Source: Nitrosomonas europaea (GTDB lineage Bacteria; Pseudomonadota; Gammaproteobacteria; Burkholderiales; Nitrosomonadaceae). From it: a stretch of 32,000 nucleotides of DNA. Positions 18,326-29,752 of this stretch are shown here, piece after piece. The DNA is taken from the NCBI RefSeq assembly GCF_900167395.1, contig NZ_FUWK01000018.1, positions 1-32,000 on the forward strand, in the 5' to 3' direction. The translations under genes were made by a program, and so were the position numbers. Within the stretch, counting starts at the first letter, position 1. Each line of letters opens with the position of its first letter. Under the pieces are notes generated by a model. That model was not told where the DNA came from and made no database searches. It saw only the letters and a program-made list of their open reading frames with translations.

Positions 18326-18340
18326 TGCAACAATGTTGCG
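18322..18340. promoter_or_regulatory. Candidate operator 2 (perfect palindrome GCAACA-A-TGTTGC).
   Basis: TAATTGCAACAATGTTGCG. The 13-bp core at 18327-18339 is a perfect 6-1-6 inverted repeat. Confidence 0.5.
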
Positions 18341-18514
18341 GCTATGGGGTTTCTGCAGGTACGCACCAACCGAATCATACATCTGCCCCGGATAGGGGTA
18401 TTTATGCAGTATTTCTTCCTCCGTGTCTGTTTTTGTCATCTGTTGCTGGTATCAACAGGCAATTGGGTGTTGACATGTAAAAAACGATAAATAAAAACCG
18501 GGAAACATAAATAA

Positions 18515-20665
<2,151 letters not shown>

Positions 20666-20860
20666 GGCTGATTGGTTGCGGATCTTTTATCTGGGATGTT
20701 ATGCACTTATCATGCCGGGCAATGGTTTAATAACTTATTAAATTTTATAGACTTTATTCGTTTACAGTTTGGTAAAACGGCAAATGTGCTAAACTTAAAT
20801 GATTGTTTGCATATCTGGCTGTTTTCTTTGGAAGTGCGATCCCTGAGAGATGTCGTAAAA

Positions 20861-21175
20861 ATGAAACTCATTTTATCCATCATGATACTTTCTGGTTGCC
20901 TGCTGTTTATATTGGCTGGCTGTGCCAGAAAAAACGACTATATGCCCCCGGCAGGGGCGACAGGTGAAAAAATCTTCAAGGGAGCCTGCGTGCAGTGTCA
21001 TACACCAGTGAATGGCAAGGTAATGATACTGAGATCCGAGATGGCCAATAAGGAGGCCATTATTGAAAGAGTAACGAACGGAAAGGGATTCGGTATGCCT
21101 GCTTTTCCAAATTTGACGGGAGATTCAGTGCAGAATCTGGCGGAGTATGTGCTGGAGAACAGTGTCACCCGATAA
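20861..21175 (+). CDS. Class I c-type cytochrome, lipoprotein.
   Basis: 104 aa from ATG 20861. Signal peptide with lipobox LAGC, haem motif CVQCH, and distal Met context GFGMPAF. The longer 167-aa ORF from 20672 has no signal-peptide logic. Confidence 0.8.
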   Translation: MKLILSIMILSGCLLFILAGCARKNDYMPPAGATGEKIFKGACVQCHTPVNGKVMILRSEMANKEAIIERVTNGKGFGMPAFPNLTGDSVQNLAEYVLENSVTR

Positions 21176-21242
21176 TCAGGATCGAATCGGATTTTCCTGA
21201 GACAATCGTACTAAAATTTCCTGACGAAGGTAGGAGTCAGCT

Positions 21243-21986
21243 TTGCATAACTGCGCAATACCCGGCCACCCCACGGCACCACAACAAAGATCCAGCTGTA
21301 CGACATGCAGCCTTCGTGAATTGTGTCTGCCGGTGGGGTTGACTGATGAAGAAATAGAGTATGTTGGCAATCTGACCAACCATAAGCTCAGAGTACGGCG
21401 GGGGGAATATCTGTTGCATGCCGGGGCTGATTTCAGATCTCTCTATGCCGTAAAAAATGGCTCTTTCAAGACCTATACCTTGAGAGTGGATGGACGCCAG
21501 CAGGTGACCGGTTTCTACATGACCGGCGAGTTGCTGGGCCTGGATGCGATCAGTCCGGAGAAGCATACCTGCGACACAGTTGCGCTCGTCGACAGTGAAG
21601 TTTGTGAAGTACCTTTCATAAAACTTGAAGAGATCGGACGAAGTATTCCTTCGCTGATGAGCCAGTTCCACAAGATCATGAGTCGTGAAATTGTGCAGGA
21701 TAGAGGAGTGATGATGCTTCTGGGCAGTATGCGGGCGGAAGAGAGACTGGCTGCATTTTTGCTCAATCTGTCCACTCGTCTGGCCAGGCGAGGGTACTCG
21801 TCGACCGATTTTATTTTGCGAGCGACCAGAGAAGATATCGGCAGTTATCTGGGACTCAAGCTGGAAACGGTCAGCCGGTCGTTTTCCAAACTGCAGGAAG
21901 AAGGTCTTATCACGGTTAACAACAAGCATGTCACCTTGCATGATCTCGGCAAACTGAATCGTATGATCGGCAATTCGATGGATTGA
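21243..21986 (+). CDS. fnr: FNR-type (CRP/FNR family) oxygen-sensing transcriptional regulator.
   Basis: N-terminal Cys cluster C-x2-C-x5-C (SSCTTCSLRELC) plus VCEVPF, equivalent to E. coli C122. C-terminal HTH ETVSRSFSKLQEEGLI. TTG start preceded by AGGAG at 6-nt spacing. Confidence 0.9.
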   Translation: MHNCAIPGHPTAPQQRSSCTTCSLRELCLPVGLTDEEIEYVGNLTNHKLRVRRGEYLLHAGADFRSLYAVKNGSFKTYTLRVDGRQQVTGFYMTGELLGLDAISPEKHTCDTVALVDSEVCEVPFIKLEEIGRSIPSLMSQFHKIMSREIVQDRGVMMLLGSMRAEERLAAFLLNLSTRLARRGYSSTDFILRATREDIGSYLGLKLETVSRSFSKLQEEGLITVNNKHVTLHDLGKLNRMIGNSMD

Positions 21987-22022
21987 TCAGAGGTTCTCAG
22001 TGGTGTTGCAGGATGACTTTTC

Positions 22023-22050
22023 TTGAGTGCAGAGTGTGCCATGTTATAAT
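22023..22050 (+). promoter_or_regulatory. Candidate rpsB-tsf promoter: TTGAGT-N16-(TGt)TATAAT with a GC-rich discriminator.
   Basis: -35-like hexamer at 22023-22028, extended -10 TGTTATAAT at 22042-22050, followed by CGCGCGCGC. About 160 nt upstream of the rpsB ATG. Confidence 0.45.
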
Positions 22051-22083
22051 CGCGCGCGCTCCTGGTCTGTTTATATAGGTAGC

Positions 22084-22109
22084 AATTTCCCGGAGCGGGA
22101 AATTTTTTT
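22084..22109 (+). terminator. Intrinsic-terminator-like hairpin with a U-tract (fnr terminator and/or rpsB leader attenuator).
   Basis: AATTTCCCG-gag-CGGGAAATT followed by TTTTTA. Canonical rho-independent shape on the plus strand only. Confidence 0.65.
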
Positions 22110-22211
22110 ATTAACCTTTTTAATACACAATCTACAACGCACACTTATCAGGATAGGGTGTCTTCGTAAGGAAGTATGTCGATAAGTTGCGGTTAACCCT
22201 AAGGAGAGTTC

Positions 22212-22967
22212 ATGTCAGTTACTATGCGGCAAATGTTGGAAGCGGGCGTTCACTTTGGTCATCAGACCCGTTTCTGGAATCCGAAAATGGCCCCCTATAT
22301 TTTCGGCCAGCGTAATAAGATCCATATCGTTAATCTTGAGCATACGCTCGTAATGCTCAGAGAGGCGCTGGACTATGCCCGCCGATTGACAGCAAACAAG
22401 GGAACGATTCTTTTCGTGGGAACCAAACGCCAGGCCCGTGACATCGTCATGGAAGAAGCAATACGATGTGGTGCTCCTTACGTCAATCAGCGCTGGCTGG
22501 GCGGGATGTTGACCAATTTCAAAACGATCAGGCAGTCGATCAAACGCCTGCAGGATATGGAGAAAATGGTACAGGACGGGACGCTGAACAAACTTACGAA
22601 GAAAGAAGCTCTTGATTTTCAGCGTGAATTGGAAAAGCTGAATAACAGTCTTGGTGGTATCAAGGAAATGAAAGGTTTACCGGATGCGATGTTTGTGATC
22701 GATGTCGGTTATCAGAAAGGTGCAATCGTGGAAGCGGACAAGCTGGGGATTCCGGTTGTGGGCGTGGTGGATACCAATCACAGTCCGGCAGGTGTCCGGT
22801 ATGTGGTGCCGGGTAACGATGATTCCAGTCAGGCTATACGGCTTTATGCGCGTGCGATGGCGGATGCCATTCTGGAAGGACGTAACCAGTCCGTGCAGGA
22901 AATTATCGAAATGAGTAAGTCTGACGATGAAATCATGTCGGGTAGAGATCAATCTGCGGGTGCGTGA
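22212..22967 (+). CDS. rpsB: 30S ribosomal protein S2.
   Basis: [26 protein letters not shown]... is the canonical S2 N-terminus. AGGAG RBS upstream. Confidence 0.97.
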   Translation: MSVTMRQMLEAGVHFGHQTRFWNPKMAPYIFGQRNKIHIVNLEHTLVMLREALDYARRLTANKGTILFVGTKRQARDIVMEEAIRCGAPYVNQRWLGGMLTNFKTIRQSIKRLQDMEKMVQDGTLNKLTKKEALDFQRELEKLNNSLGGIKEMKGLPDAMFVIDVGYQKGAIVEADKLGIPVVGVVDTNHSPAGVRYVVPGNDDSSQAIRLYARAMADAILEGRNQSVQEIIEMSKSDDEIMSGRDQSAGA

Positions 22968-23041
22968 GTAAACACGCTGTCAGCGCACTTTCTGAATAAG
23001 AGCATTCGAAATTTTTCGTATTAACTTGATTTGGAGTCAGT

Positions 23042-23926
23042 ATGGCGGAAATTACCGCAAGCATGGTTAAAGAACTGCGTGAGCTTACCGGCCTTGGCAT
23101 GATGGAGTGCAAGAAGGCGCTGGTCGAAGCTGACGGAGACATGAAAGCAGCTGAGGATTTGTTACGAATCAGAAGCGGAGCCAAGGCGAGTAAAGCGGCT
23201 GGCCGTATTGCTGCAGAAGGAGTCATCAGCGGGTTTGTTACGGCGGATGGCAAACAGGGAGCCCTGGTGGAAGTCAACTGTGAAACCGACTTTGTTGCCA
23301 AGAATGAAGATTTCATCAATTTTGCCGGCAATCTGGCAAGGCTGATGGCAGACAAAAATATATCGGATACAGCGTTGCTGGAGGATATGTCTATAGCTGA
23401 GGGAGAAACGGTTGAGTCTGTCCGCAAGGCTCTGGTCATGAAGCTGGGCGAGAATATCAGTATCCGCCGCGGAATCAGCTACCAGACTAAAGATCATCTC
23501 GCAATGTATCTGCATGGAAGCAGAATCGGTGTGATGATTGACTATGCAGGGGGCGATGAGGCGCTGGGTAAGGATCTGGCCATGCATATAGCGGCCAGCA
23601 AGCCGGTGTGTGTATCCAGCGATCAGGTACCTGCCGACGCACTTGAGCGTGAGCGCCAGATATTTACCGCCCAGGCGGCAGAAAGCGGCAAACCTGCCAA
23701 TATCATCGAGAAAATGGTAGAAGGACGAATTGCCAAGTATCTGGCAGAGGTGACTTTACTTGGCCAGCCTTTCGTCAAAGATCCGGATCAGACTATCGAG
23801 AAATTGTTAAAGACAAAATCTGCCAAAGTCAGTGGGTTTACGCTGTATATCGTTGGTGAAGGGATCGAGAAGAAATCCGATGATTTTGCGGCCGAGGTCA
23901 TGGCGCAGGTAACCCAGTCCAAATAA
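23042..23926 (+). CDS. tsf: Translation elongation factor Ts.
   Basis: [27 protein letters not shown] is the EF-Ts UBA-like N-terminus. Follows rpsB. Confidence 0.97.
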
Positions 23927-24080
23927 GAAGGTTTTCTTCTGGGGATTGGTTTGGTTTTAGTTGAATTCAAGAAAATAATGACTGATCGTCATGAGCAGGT
24001 TGGCTTTTTTAGCGTTGAAAGCCACGACATGCTTGATCTCCAGAAGAACTTTACGATAAATCTCCTGTTCATAGGCATGT

Positions 24081-24794
24081 ATGCCAGTCGTCTATAAACG
24101 TATTTTATTGAAATTGTCGGGCGAAGCTCTGATGGGCGATGGCCACTATGGCATCGATCGCGCGGTAGTTGAACATATCGTAGTCGAGGTTGCTGGAGTA
24201 TTGCAGCTCGGTGTTGAAGTTGCGATCGTGGTAGGCGGAGGCAATATTTTTCGTGGTATGAAATCTGCGGGAGATGGAATGGATCGTGTAACGGCTGATT
24301 ATATGGGGATGCTCGCTACCACCATGAATGCCTTGGCCTTGCACGATGCGATGAGACGAAACGGGGTTGTTTCACGTGTGCAGTCAGCTTTACGGATAGA
24401 TCAGGTTGTCGAGCCTTATGTTCGTGGTAAGGCTTTGCGTTATCTGGATGAACGTAAAGTGGTCGTGTTCGCTGCGGGGACGGGCAATCCCTTTTTTACT
24501 ACGGATACGGCGGCTGCTTTGCGTGGCATGGAGATGAATGCCAATATCGTCCTGAAAGCGACCAAGGTGGATGGGATCTATACTAGTGATCCGCTGAAGA
24601 ACAAGGATGCGCAGCGTTTCCAGAGCCTGACTTTCGATGAGGCGATCAGTAAAAACCTGCAAGTGATGGATGCTACTGCACTGACTTTATGCCGGGATCA
24701 GAAACTTCCCATCAACGTATTCAGTATTTTCAAGACCGGGGCACTCAAACGGGTTATCATGGGCGAGGACGAAGGGACATCGGTATTCGTTTGA
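24081..24794 (+). CDS. pyrH: UMP kinase.
   Basis: [23 protein letters not shown] and [16 protein letters not shown] motifs. Confidence 0.95.
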   Translation: MPVVYKRILLKLSGEALMGDGHYGIDRAVVEHIVVEVAGVLQLGVEVAIVVGGGNIFRGMKSAGDGMDRVTADYMGMLATTMNALALHDAMRRNGVVSRVQSALRIDQVVEPYVRGKALRYLDERKVVVFAAGTGNPFFTTDTAAALRGMEMNANIVLKATKVDGIYTSDPLKNKDAQRFQSLTFDEAISKNLQVMDATALTLCRDQKLPINVFSIFKTGALKRVIMGEDEGTSVFV

Positions 24795-24899
24795 ATTCTG
24801 CGATGTCTGCGGGAATGGTTTTATGTTATTAGCACAATAACGGCGGGGTCTGTGCCGGTTGCTGTCGATACACTTCAATATCAATAAACCCACTTAAAT

Positions 24900-25457
24900 A
24901 TGATTGCTGATGTAAAAAAATCTGCAGAGCAGAAAATGCAGAAAAGCCTGGATGCACTCAAAGTCGATTTCAGTAAGGTAAGAAGCGGACGTCCCCACAC
25001 GGGCTTGCTGGATCACATCATGGTTGATTATTACGGTACCCCGACTCCGATCAAACAATTGGCCAACGTGACCTTGGCTGATGCACGAACCATTGGTATC
25101 ATCCCGTGGGATAAAAAAATATTCTCAGCGATTGAGAAAGCGATACGTGATTCCGATCTAGGCCTGAATCCTATGACGGTAAGTGATATGGTACGGGTTC
25201 CCATGCCTCCTTTGACAGAAGAAAGGCGCAAGGATCTGACTAAAATAGTCAAAACGGAGGCTGAAGCTGCACGTGTTGCGATGAGGAATATTCGGCGTGA
25301 TGCCAATGCCCATCTGAAAGAATTACTGAAGGATAAGTTGATTGCCGAAGATGAGGATCGGCGTGCACAAGATGAAATCCAGAAATTGACAGATCGTTAT
25401 ATTGCTGAGGTGGATAAGTTACTTCAGACCAAAGAAGCAGAACTGATGGCTGTCTGA
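24900..25457 (+). CDS. frr: Ribosome recycling factor.
   Basis: 185 aa. [20 protein letters not shown]...[11 protein letters not shown]...RNIRRDAN. Confidence 0.95.
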   Translation: MIADVKKSAEQKMQKSLDALKVDFSKVRSGRPHTGLLDHIMVDYYGTPTPIKQLANVTLADARTIGIIPWDKKIFSAIEKAIRDSDLGLNPMTVSDMVRVPMPPLTEERRKDLTKIVKTEAEAARVAMRNIRRDANAHLKELLKDKLIAEDEDRRAQDEIQKLTDRYIAEVDKLLQTKEAELMAV

Positions 25458-25460
25458 TTC

Positions 25461-26252
25461 ATGCCCCTAACCCCAAGTTCGACACGTGGAATTCCGGAAA
25501 CCGGTGCGATACCCAAGCACATCGCCATTATTATGGATGGTAATGGGCGATGGGCCAGGAAGCGTTTCCTGCCAAGGATAGCGGGGCATACGCAGGGTGT
25601 TGAAGCGGTACGAGGTACAATCAAAGCCTGTATCGAGAGAGGTGTTTCACATCTGACAATTTTCGCGTTTAGCAGCGAAAATTGGCGCAGGCCCGCAGAA
25701 GAAGTCAAGTTGCTGATGCAGTTGTTTTTGGCTGCACTTGAACGGGAGGTGACTGGACTGCATGAAAATGGAGTCCGGTTCAGGGTAATTGGTGATATTT
25801 CAAAATTCGATCCTAAAATAGTCGATTTTGTTCAACAGGGCGAGGCGCTTACAGCCGGGAATAGCCGATTGAATTTTACGGTGGCAGCAAATTATGGAGG
25901 GCGCTGGGATATCATGCAGGCTGTACGCAAAATGATTACCGAGAACCCGGATTCAGCTGTGACTTTCGATGAGCCTGATATTGCCAGGCACTTGGCACTG
26001 GCCGATGCTCCCGAGCCGGATTTGTTCATCCGGACGGGAGGTGAATGTCGGATCAGTAATTTTCTGCTTTGGCAGCTTGCCTATACCGAGTTGTATTTTA
26101 CCGATACGTTATGGCCGGATTTTGATGCATCGGCCCTTGATGAGGCAATTGCATCCTACCGGAAGCGTGAGCGCCGGTTCGGGCGGACAAGTGAACAGAT
26201 TGCCGGCCAGCAGGAAAATAAAAATACGGTCTCGAACGAAGACCGGGTTTAA
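25461..26252 (+). CDS. uppS: Ditrans,polycis-undecaprenyl-diphosphate synthase.
   Basis: [24 protein letters not shown] and [23 protein letters not shown] motifs. Confidence 0.95.
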   Translation: MPLTPSSTRGIPETGAIPKHIAIIMDGNGRWARKRFLPRIAGHTQGVEAVRGTIKACIERGVSHLTIFAFSSENWRRPAEEVKLLMQLFLAALEREVTGLHENGVRFRVIGDISKFDPKIVDFVQQGEALTAGNSRLNFTVAANYGGRWDIMQAVRKMITENPDSAVTFDEPDIARHLALADAPEPDLFIRTGGECRISNFLLWQLAYTELYFTDTLWPDFDASALDEAIASYRKRERRFGRTSEQIAGQQENKNTVSNEDRV

Positions 26253-26290
26253 CCGTCCCATTATCCAACCAACGGGATTTACCCGTTTTC

Positions 26291-27118
26291 ATGCTTAGTA
26301 CCCGACTCCTTACCGCATTCATACTATTGACCGCCTTCCTGGCGGCATTATTTTATCTGCCGGATATTTTCTGGGCTGTATTGCTTCTGGGACTGACTGT
26401 TACTGCGGCACGGGAGTGGTGCCGCCTGGGGCAGTTTTCAGTTGGCCAGACTGTTCTGTATATGATCCTGACTACCTTGCTGGGGGGGGAACTGCTCTTT
26501 CTGGTCAGTGTGGTGTTATCCAAAAATCCGGCAGATTCATCGATGGTCTGGTTTTATGCCGCATCTGCCGTTTTCTGGCTGCTGGCAGTACCTTTCCAGT
26601 TGGCGATGAACCGGCCGATCCGTAATATATGGGTGCTCATGTCCATTGGCTGGCTGGTTTTACTGCCGGCATGCCTGTCGCTCTATCAGCTTCGTGCAAT
26701 GGATCCGCTGTTGCTGCTTGGGTTTATGGGGGTGGTGTGGGTATCAGACAGTGTTGCTTATTTCATCGGGCGTGCCTATGGCAAACACAAGCTTGCACCC
26801 CGGATCAGCCCGGGCAAAACCTGGGAAGGAGTAGCTGCCGCACTGATCGGGGTACTGGTTTATGCTCTGATCTGGTTTTATTCGGTACATAAAGATCAGG
26901 CATTGGTTGGCTGGTTGATTCCTCTGTTACTCCTGCTTGCGGTGCTGGGAATAGTGGGTGATTTGTATGAATCACTGTTGAAACGGCAGGCCGGTGTCAA
27001 GGATAGTGGCACCATACTTCCCGGTCATGGCGGGGTATTGGACCGTATTGATGCATTACTGCCCGTTCTTCCCGTTGCCGCTCTTGCGGCCATTTTATTT
27101 TATTCGACTGAATCATGA
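26291..27118 (+). CDS. cdsA: Phosphatidate cytidylyltransferase.
   Basis: Multi-TM protein with the C-terminal CTP_transf_1 signature [31 protein letters not shown] overlap with dxr. Confidence 0.93.
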   Translation: MLSTRLLTAFILLTAFLAALFYLPDIFWAVLLLGLTVTAAREWCRLGQFSVGQTVLYMILTTLLGGELLFLVSVVLSKNPADSSMVWFYAASAVFWLLAVPFQLAMNRPIRNIWVLMSIGWLVLLPACLSLYQLRAMDPLLLLGFMGVVWVSDSVAYFIGRAYGKHKLAPRISPGKTWEGVAAALIGVLVYALIWFYSVHKDQALVGWLIPLLLLLAVLGIVGDLYESLLKRQAGVKDSGTILPGHGGVLDRIDALLPVLPVAALAAILFYSTES

Positions 27119-28356
27119 CCAAAACCCGTCATCTGACCATATTGGGTTCGACCGGCAGCATCGGTGAAAGTACGCTGGATGTAGTGGCCAGGCATCCTGG
27201 CCGGTATCAGGTAGTTGCGCTGACTGCTGACAGGAATGTTGAAAAAATGTTTGAGCAGTGCATACAGTTTCATCCGCCATACGCTGTGATGCTCGATGCA
27301 CAGAGTGCCGAACAGCTGGAGGATAGATTGCATGCAGCGGGTTTGGATACCAGGGTGCTTTCAGGCATCGAATCACTGGAGAAAGTGGCATCCTTGCCGG
27401 AGATCGATACGGTTATGGCTGCGATTGTCGGGGCAGCTGGTATTCGGCCTACGCTTGCTGCTGCACGGACGGGAAAACATATTCTTCTGGCCAATAAGGA
27501 AACACTGGTGATGGCGGGGCGTGTCTTTATGGATACGCTCAGACAGCACCATGCGACACTGCTGCCGATAGACAGTGAACACAATGCGATTTTTCAATCC
27601 TTGCCACAACATTTCAATGGAGATCTGGCGGGATCGGGGGTGCGTCGGATATTGCTGACCGCTTCGGGCGGGCCTTTCCGCACAGTGGATTTGAAAATAC
27701 TGGAAACTGTGACACCAGAACAGGCCTGCGCACATCCCAACTGGGTAATGGGCAGAAAGATATCGGTTGATTCAGCTACCATGATGAACAAAGGGCTGGA
27801 AGTCATCGAAGCTCACTGGCTGTTTAACGCCGTGCCAGAGAAGATTCAGGTGGTTATCCATCCGCAAAGCGTTATTCATTCAATGGTTGAATATATCGAC
27901 GGCTCGGTACTCGCCCAACTTGGCAATCCGGATATGCGTACACCGATAGCGCACGCGTTGAGTTATCCTGAAAGAATGGAAAGTGGTGTGCAATCCCTGG
28001 ATATGTTCAAGGTTGCGCGACTGGATTTCGAATCCCCGGATTTCAAGCGGTTTCCCTGTCTCAGGCTGGCGTACGAAGCGCTTGCAGCGGGAGGCAATAT
28101 GCCGGCAGTGCTGAATGCTGCCAACGAAGTGGCTGTCGAAGTTTTTCTGGCTGGTAGAATACCCTTTACTGCAATTCCCGTGATGATCGAGGACGTGATG
28201 AAATCAACGGAAAGACGGGATGTCCCTGATCTGGAAGGTGTGCTCCTGGCTGATTTGCAGGCGCGCGCAACAGCTCGTGAATGGCTGGCCTGTAACATCC
28301 GGCAAAGTACAGGGCAACCAGGAAAGCCAGCATCCTCACTCAGTGCCGGGCAGTAA
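27115..28356 (+). CDS. dxr: 1-deoxy-D-xylulose 5-phosphate reductoisomerase.
   Basis: [20 protein letters not shown]-binding motif, [14 protein letters not shown] and NKGLEVIEA. Confidence 0.95.
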   Translation: MTKTRHLTILGSTGSIGESTLDVVARHPGRYQVVALTADRNVEKMFEQCIQFHPPYAVMLDAQSAEQLEDRLHAAGLDTRVLSGIESLEKVASLPEIDTVMAAIVGAAGIRPTLAAARTGKHILLANKETLVMAGRVFMDTLRQHHATLLPIDSEHNAIFQSLPQHFNGDLAGSGVRRILLTASGGPFRTVDLKILETVTPEQACAHPNWVMGRKISVDSATMMNKGLEVIEAHWLFNAVPEKIQVVIHPQSVIHSMVEYIDGSVLAQLGNPDMRTPIAHALSYPERMESGVQSLDMFKVARLDFESPDFKRFPCLRLAYEALAAGGNMPAVLNAANEVAVEVFLAGRIPFTAIPVMIEDVMKSTERRDVPDLEGVLLADLQARATAREWLACNIRQSTGQPGKPASSLSAGQ

Positions 28357-28382
28357 AACGGATAATCCTCATATATTCTGAC

Positions 28383-29750
28383 ATGACAGTGCTCGCAACG
28401 ATTTTTGCATTCGTAATCGCACTTGGCCTGCTGATCACTTTTCACGAACTCGGTCATTATCTGGCCGCCCGCTGGTGTGGTGTCAAGGTTTTGCGCTTCT
28501 CGCTCGGTTTTGGTCAGCCCCTTTTCAAAAAACGTTTGGGCAATGACCAGACAGAATGGGTGGTTGCAGCGATTCCGCTGGGGGGATATGTCAAGATGTT
28601 GGATGAGCATGAGGGGCAGGTTCCAGCCGGCGAACGCCATCGTGCATTTAATCACCAACCCGTCTCCAGACGTTTTGCTATCGTGGTAGCAGGACCTGTT
28701 GCCAATTTTCTGCTGGCCATCCTGCTGTACTGGCTGCTTTTCATACTTGGAGTCAGCGGCGTGAAGCCGATACTGGGGGAAATCGAACCCGCAACGCCTG
28801 CCGCTGTGGCCGGTTTCAGGAGTGGAGATACCATTACCGGAATCGGCGATCAGGCAATTACCACTTGGCAGGAAGCACGACTGCTGCTGCTGGACAATGC
28901 GGTGGATAAAAATGCTGATGTCAGGATAACGGTGACGGGTGAAAGTGGAATTTCACGCCAGCTCAGATTTGATTTGAGCAGTCTTGGTGCAGAAGATATC
29001 GAAAAAGATTTTCTGGGAAAATTGGGTTTGAGTGCCTATCAGCCGATCATCGCTCCGGTGATCGACCAGGTGATGGCTGGCGGTGCGGCAGAGCATGCTG
29101 GCCTCGAGACAGGTGACAGGATCGTAGCGATAAATGGAAAGGGGATTACAACCTGGGAAGAGGTCGTTACGGTGATACGCTCAAGTCCCGGTCGCATACT
29201 TCTGATTGAAGCGATCCGGGACGGACAGGAGCTCGATTTGTCATTGCAGCCGGAAGCAGTCTCCGAGGGAAGTACCGAAATCGGCAAGGCAGGTATTACG
29301 CCCAAAATCGAGCATGCACTTCTGGAAGGGCTGCTGGTGAAAACCAGCTACCCGCCAGCGATGGCTCTGGCTAAAGCAGTGACTAAAACCTGGGAGATGT
29401 CTTACTTTACTTTGCGTATGCTCGGAAAAATGGTTACGGGCGATGTTTCGCTGAAAAATATCAGTGGGCCGATTACTATCGCGAACTATGCCGGCCAGTC
29501 GGCCCAAATGGGACTGGCTGCTTATCTGGGTTTTCTGGCGTTGATCAGTATCAGCCTGGGGGTGCTGAATCTCCTGCCGATCCCGGTTCTGGATGGCGGA
29601 CATCTGATGTACTATTTGATCGAAATGGTACGGGGAGCACCGTTACCCGAGAGAATCATGTATATCGGTCATCAGATCGGCGTGGTTCTGCTGGTTACCC
29701 TGATGATATTCGCAATACATAATGATCTACTTCGTCTAGTTTCTGAATAG
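28383..29750 (+). CDS. rseP: Regulated intramembrane proteolysis zinc metalloprotease RseP.
   Basis: HELGHY in TM1, two PDZ-like regions, and [12 protein letters not shown] near the C-terminus. Conserved position between dxr and bamA. Confidence 0.93.
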   Translation: MTVLATIFAFVIALGLLITFHELGHYLAARWCGVKVLRFSLGFGQPLFKKRLGNDQTEWVVAAIPLGGYVKMLDEHEGQVPAGERHRAFNHQPVSRRFAIVVAGPVANFLLAILLYWLLFILGVSGVKPILGEIEPATPAAVAGFRSGDTITGIGDQAITTWQEARLLLLDNAVDKNADVRITVTGESGISRQLRFDLSSLGAEDIEKDFLGKLGLSAYQPIIAPVIDQVMAGGAAEHAGLETGDRIVAINGKGITTWEEVVTVIRSSPGRILLIEAIRDGQELDLSLQPEAVSEGSTEIGKAGITPKIEHALLEGLLVKTSYPPAMALAKAVTKTWEMSYFTLRMLGKMVTGDVSLKNISGPITIANYAGQSAQMGLAAYLGFLALISISLGVLNLLPIPVLDGGHLMYYLIEMVRGAPLPERIMYIGHQIGVVLLVTLMIFAIHNDLLRLVSE

Positions 29751-29752
29751 CC

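Noticed and set aside
18296-18490. A 64-aa ORF between zur and the receptor gene.
   Set aside because: It overlaps the palindromic operator and promoter candidates, is Cys/Phe-rich, and lacks an RBS. It is better explained as regulatory DNA.
20672-20860. An N-terminal extension of the cytochrome c ORF (167-aa version).
   Set aside because: The extension is AT-rich translation without signal-peptide logic. A canonical lipoprotein signal starts at the internal ATG 20861.
21237-21941. A 234-aa minus-strand ORF nearly coextensive with fnr.
   Set aside because: Same codon-register antisense frame as fnr, low-complexity composition, and no family resemblance. The plus-strand product has every FNR hallmark (Cys cluster, HTH).
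23990-24109. A 39-aa ORF (MTDRHEQVGFF...) in the tsf-pyrH spacer that overlaps the pyrH start.
   Set aside because: No RBS or conservation evidence is available. It overlaps a conserved gene start and is probably fortuitous.
27963-28658. A 231-aa minus-strand ORF spanning the dxr 3' end and the rseP 5' end.
   Set aside because: It overlaps two confidently identified conserved genes, has no recognisable motifs, and has an Ala/Ser/Arg-rich shadow-ORF composition.
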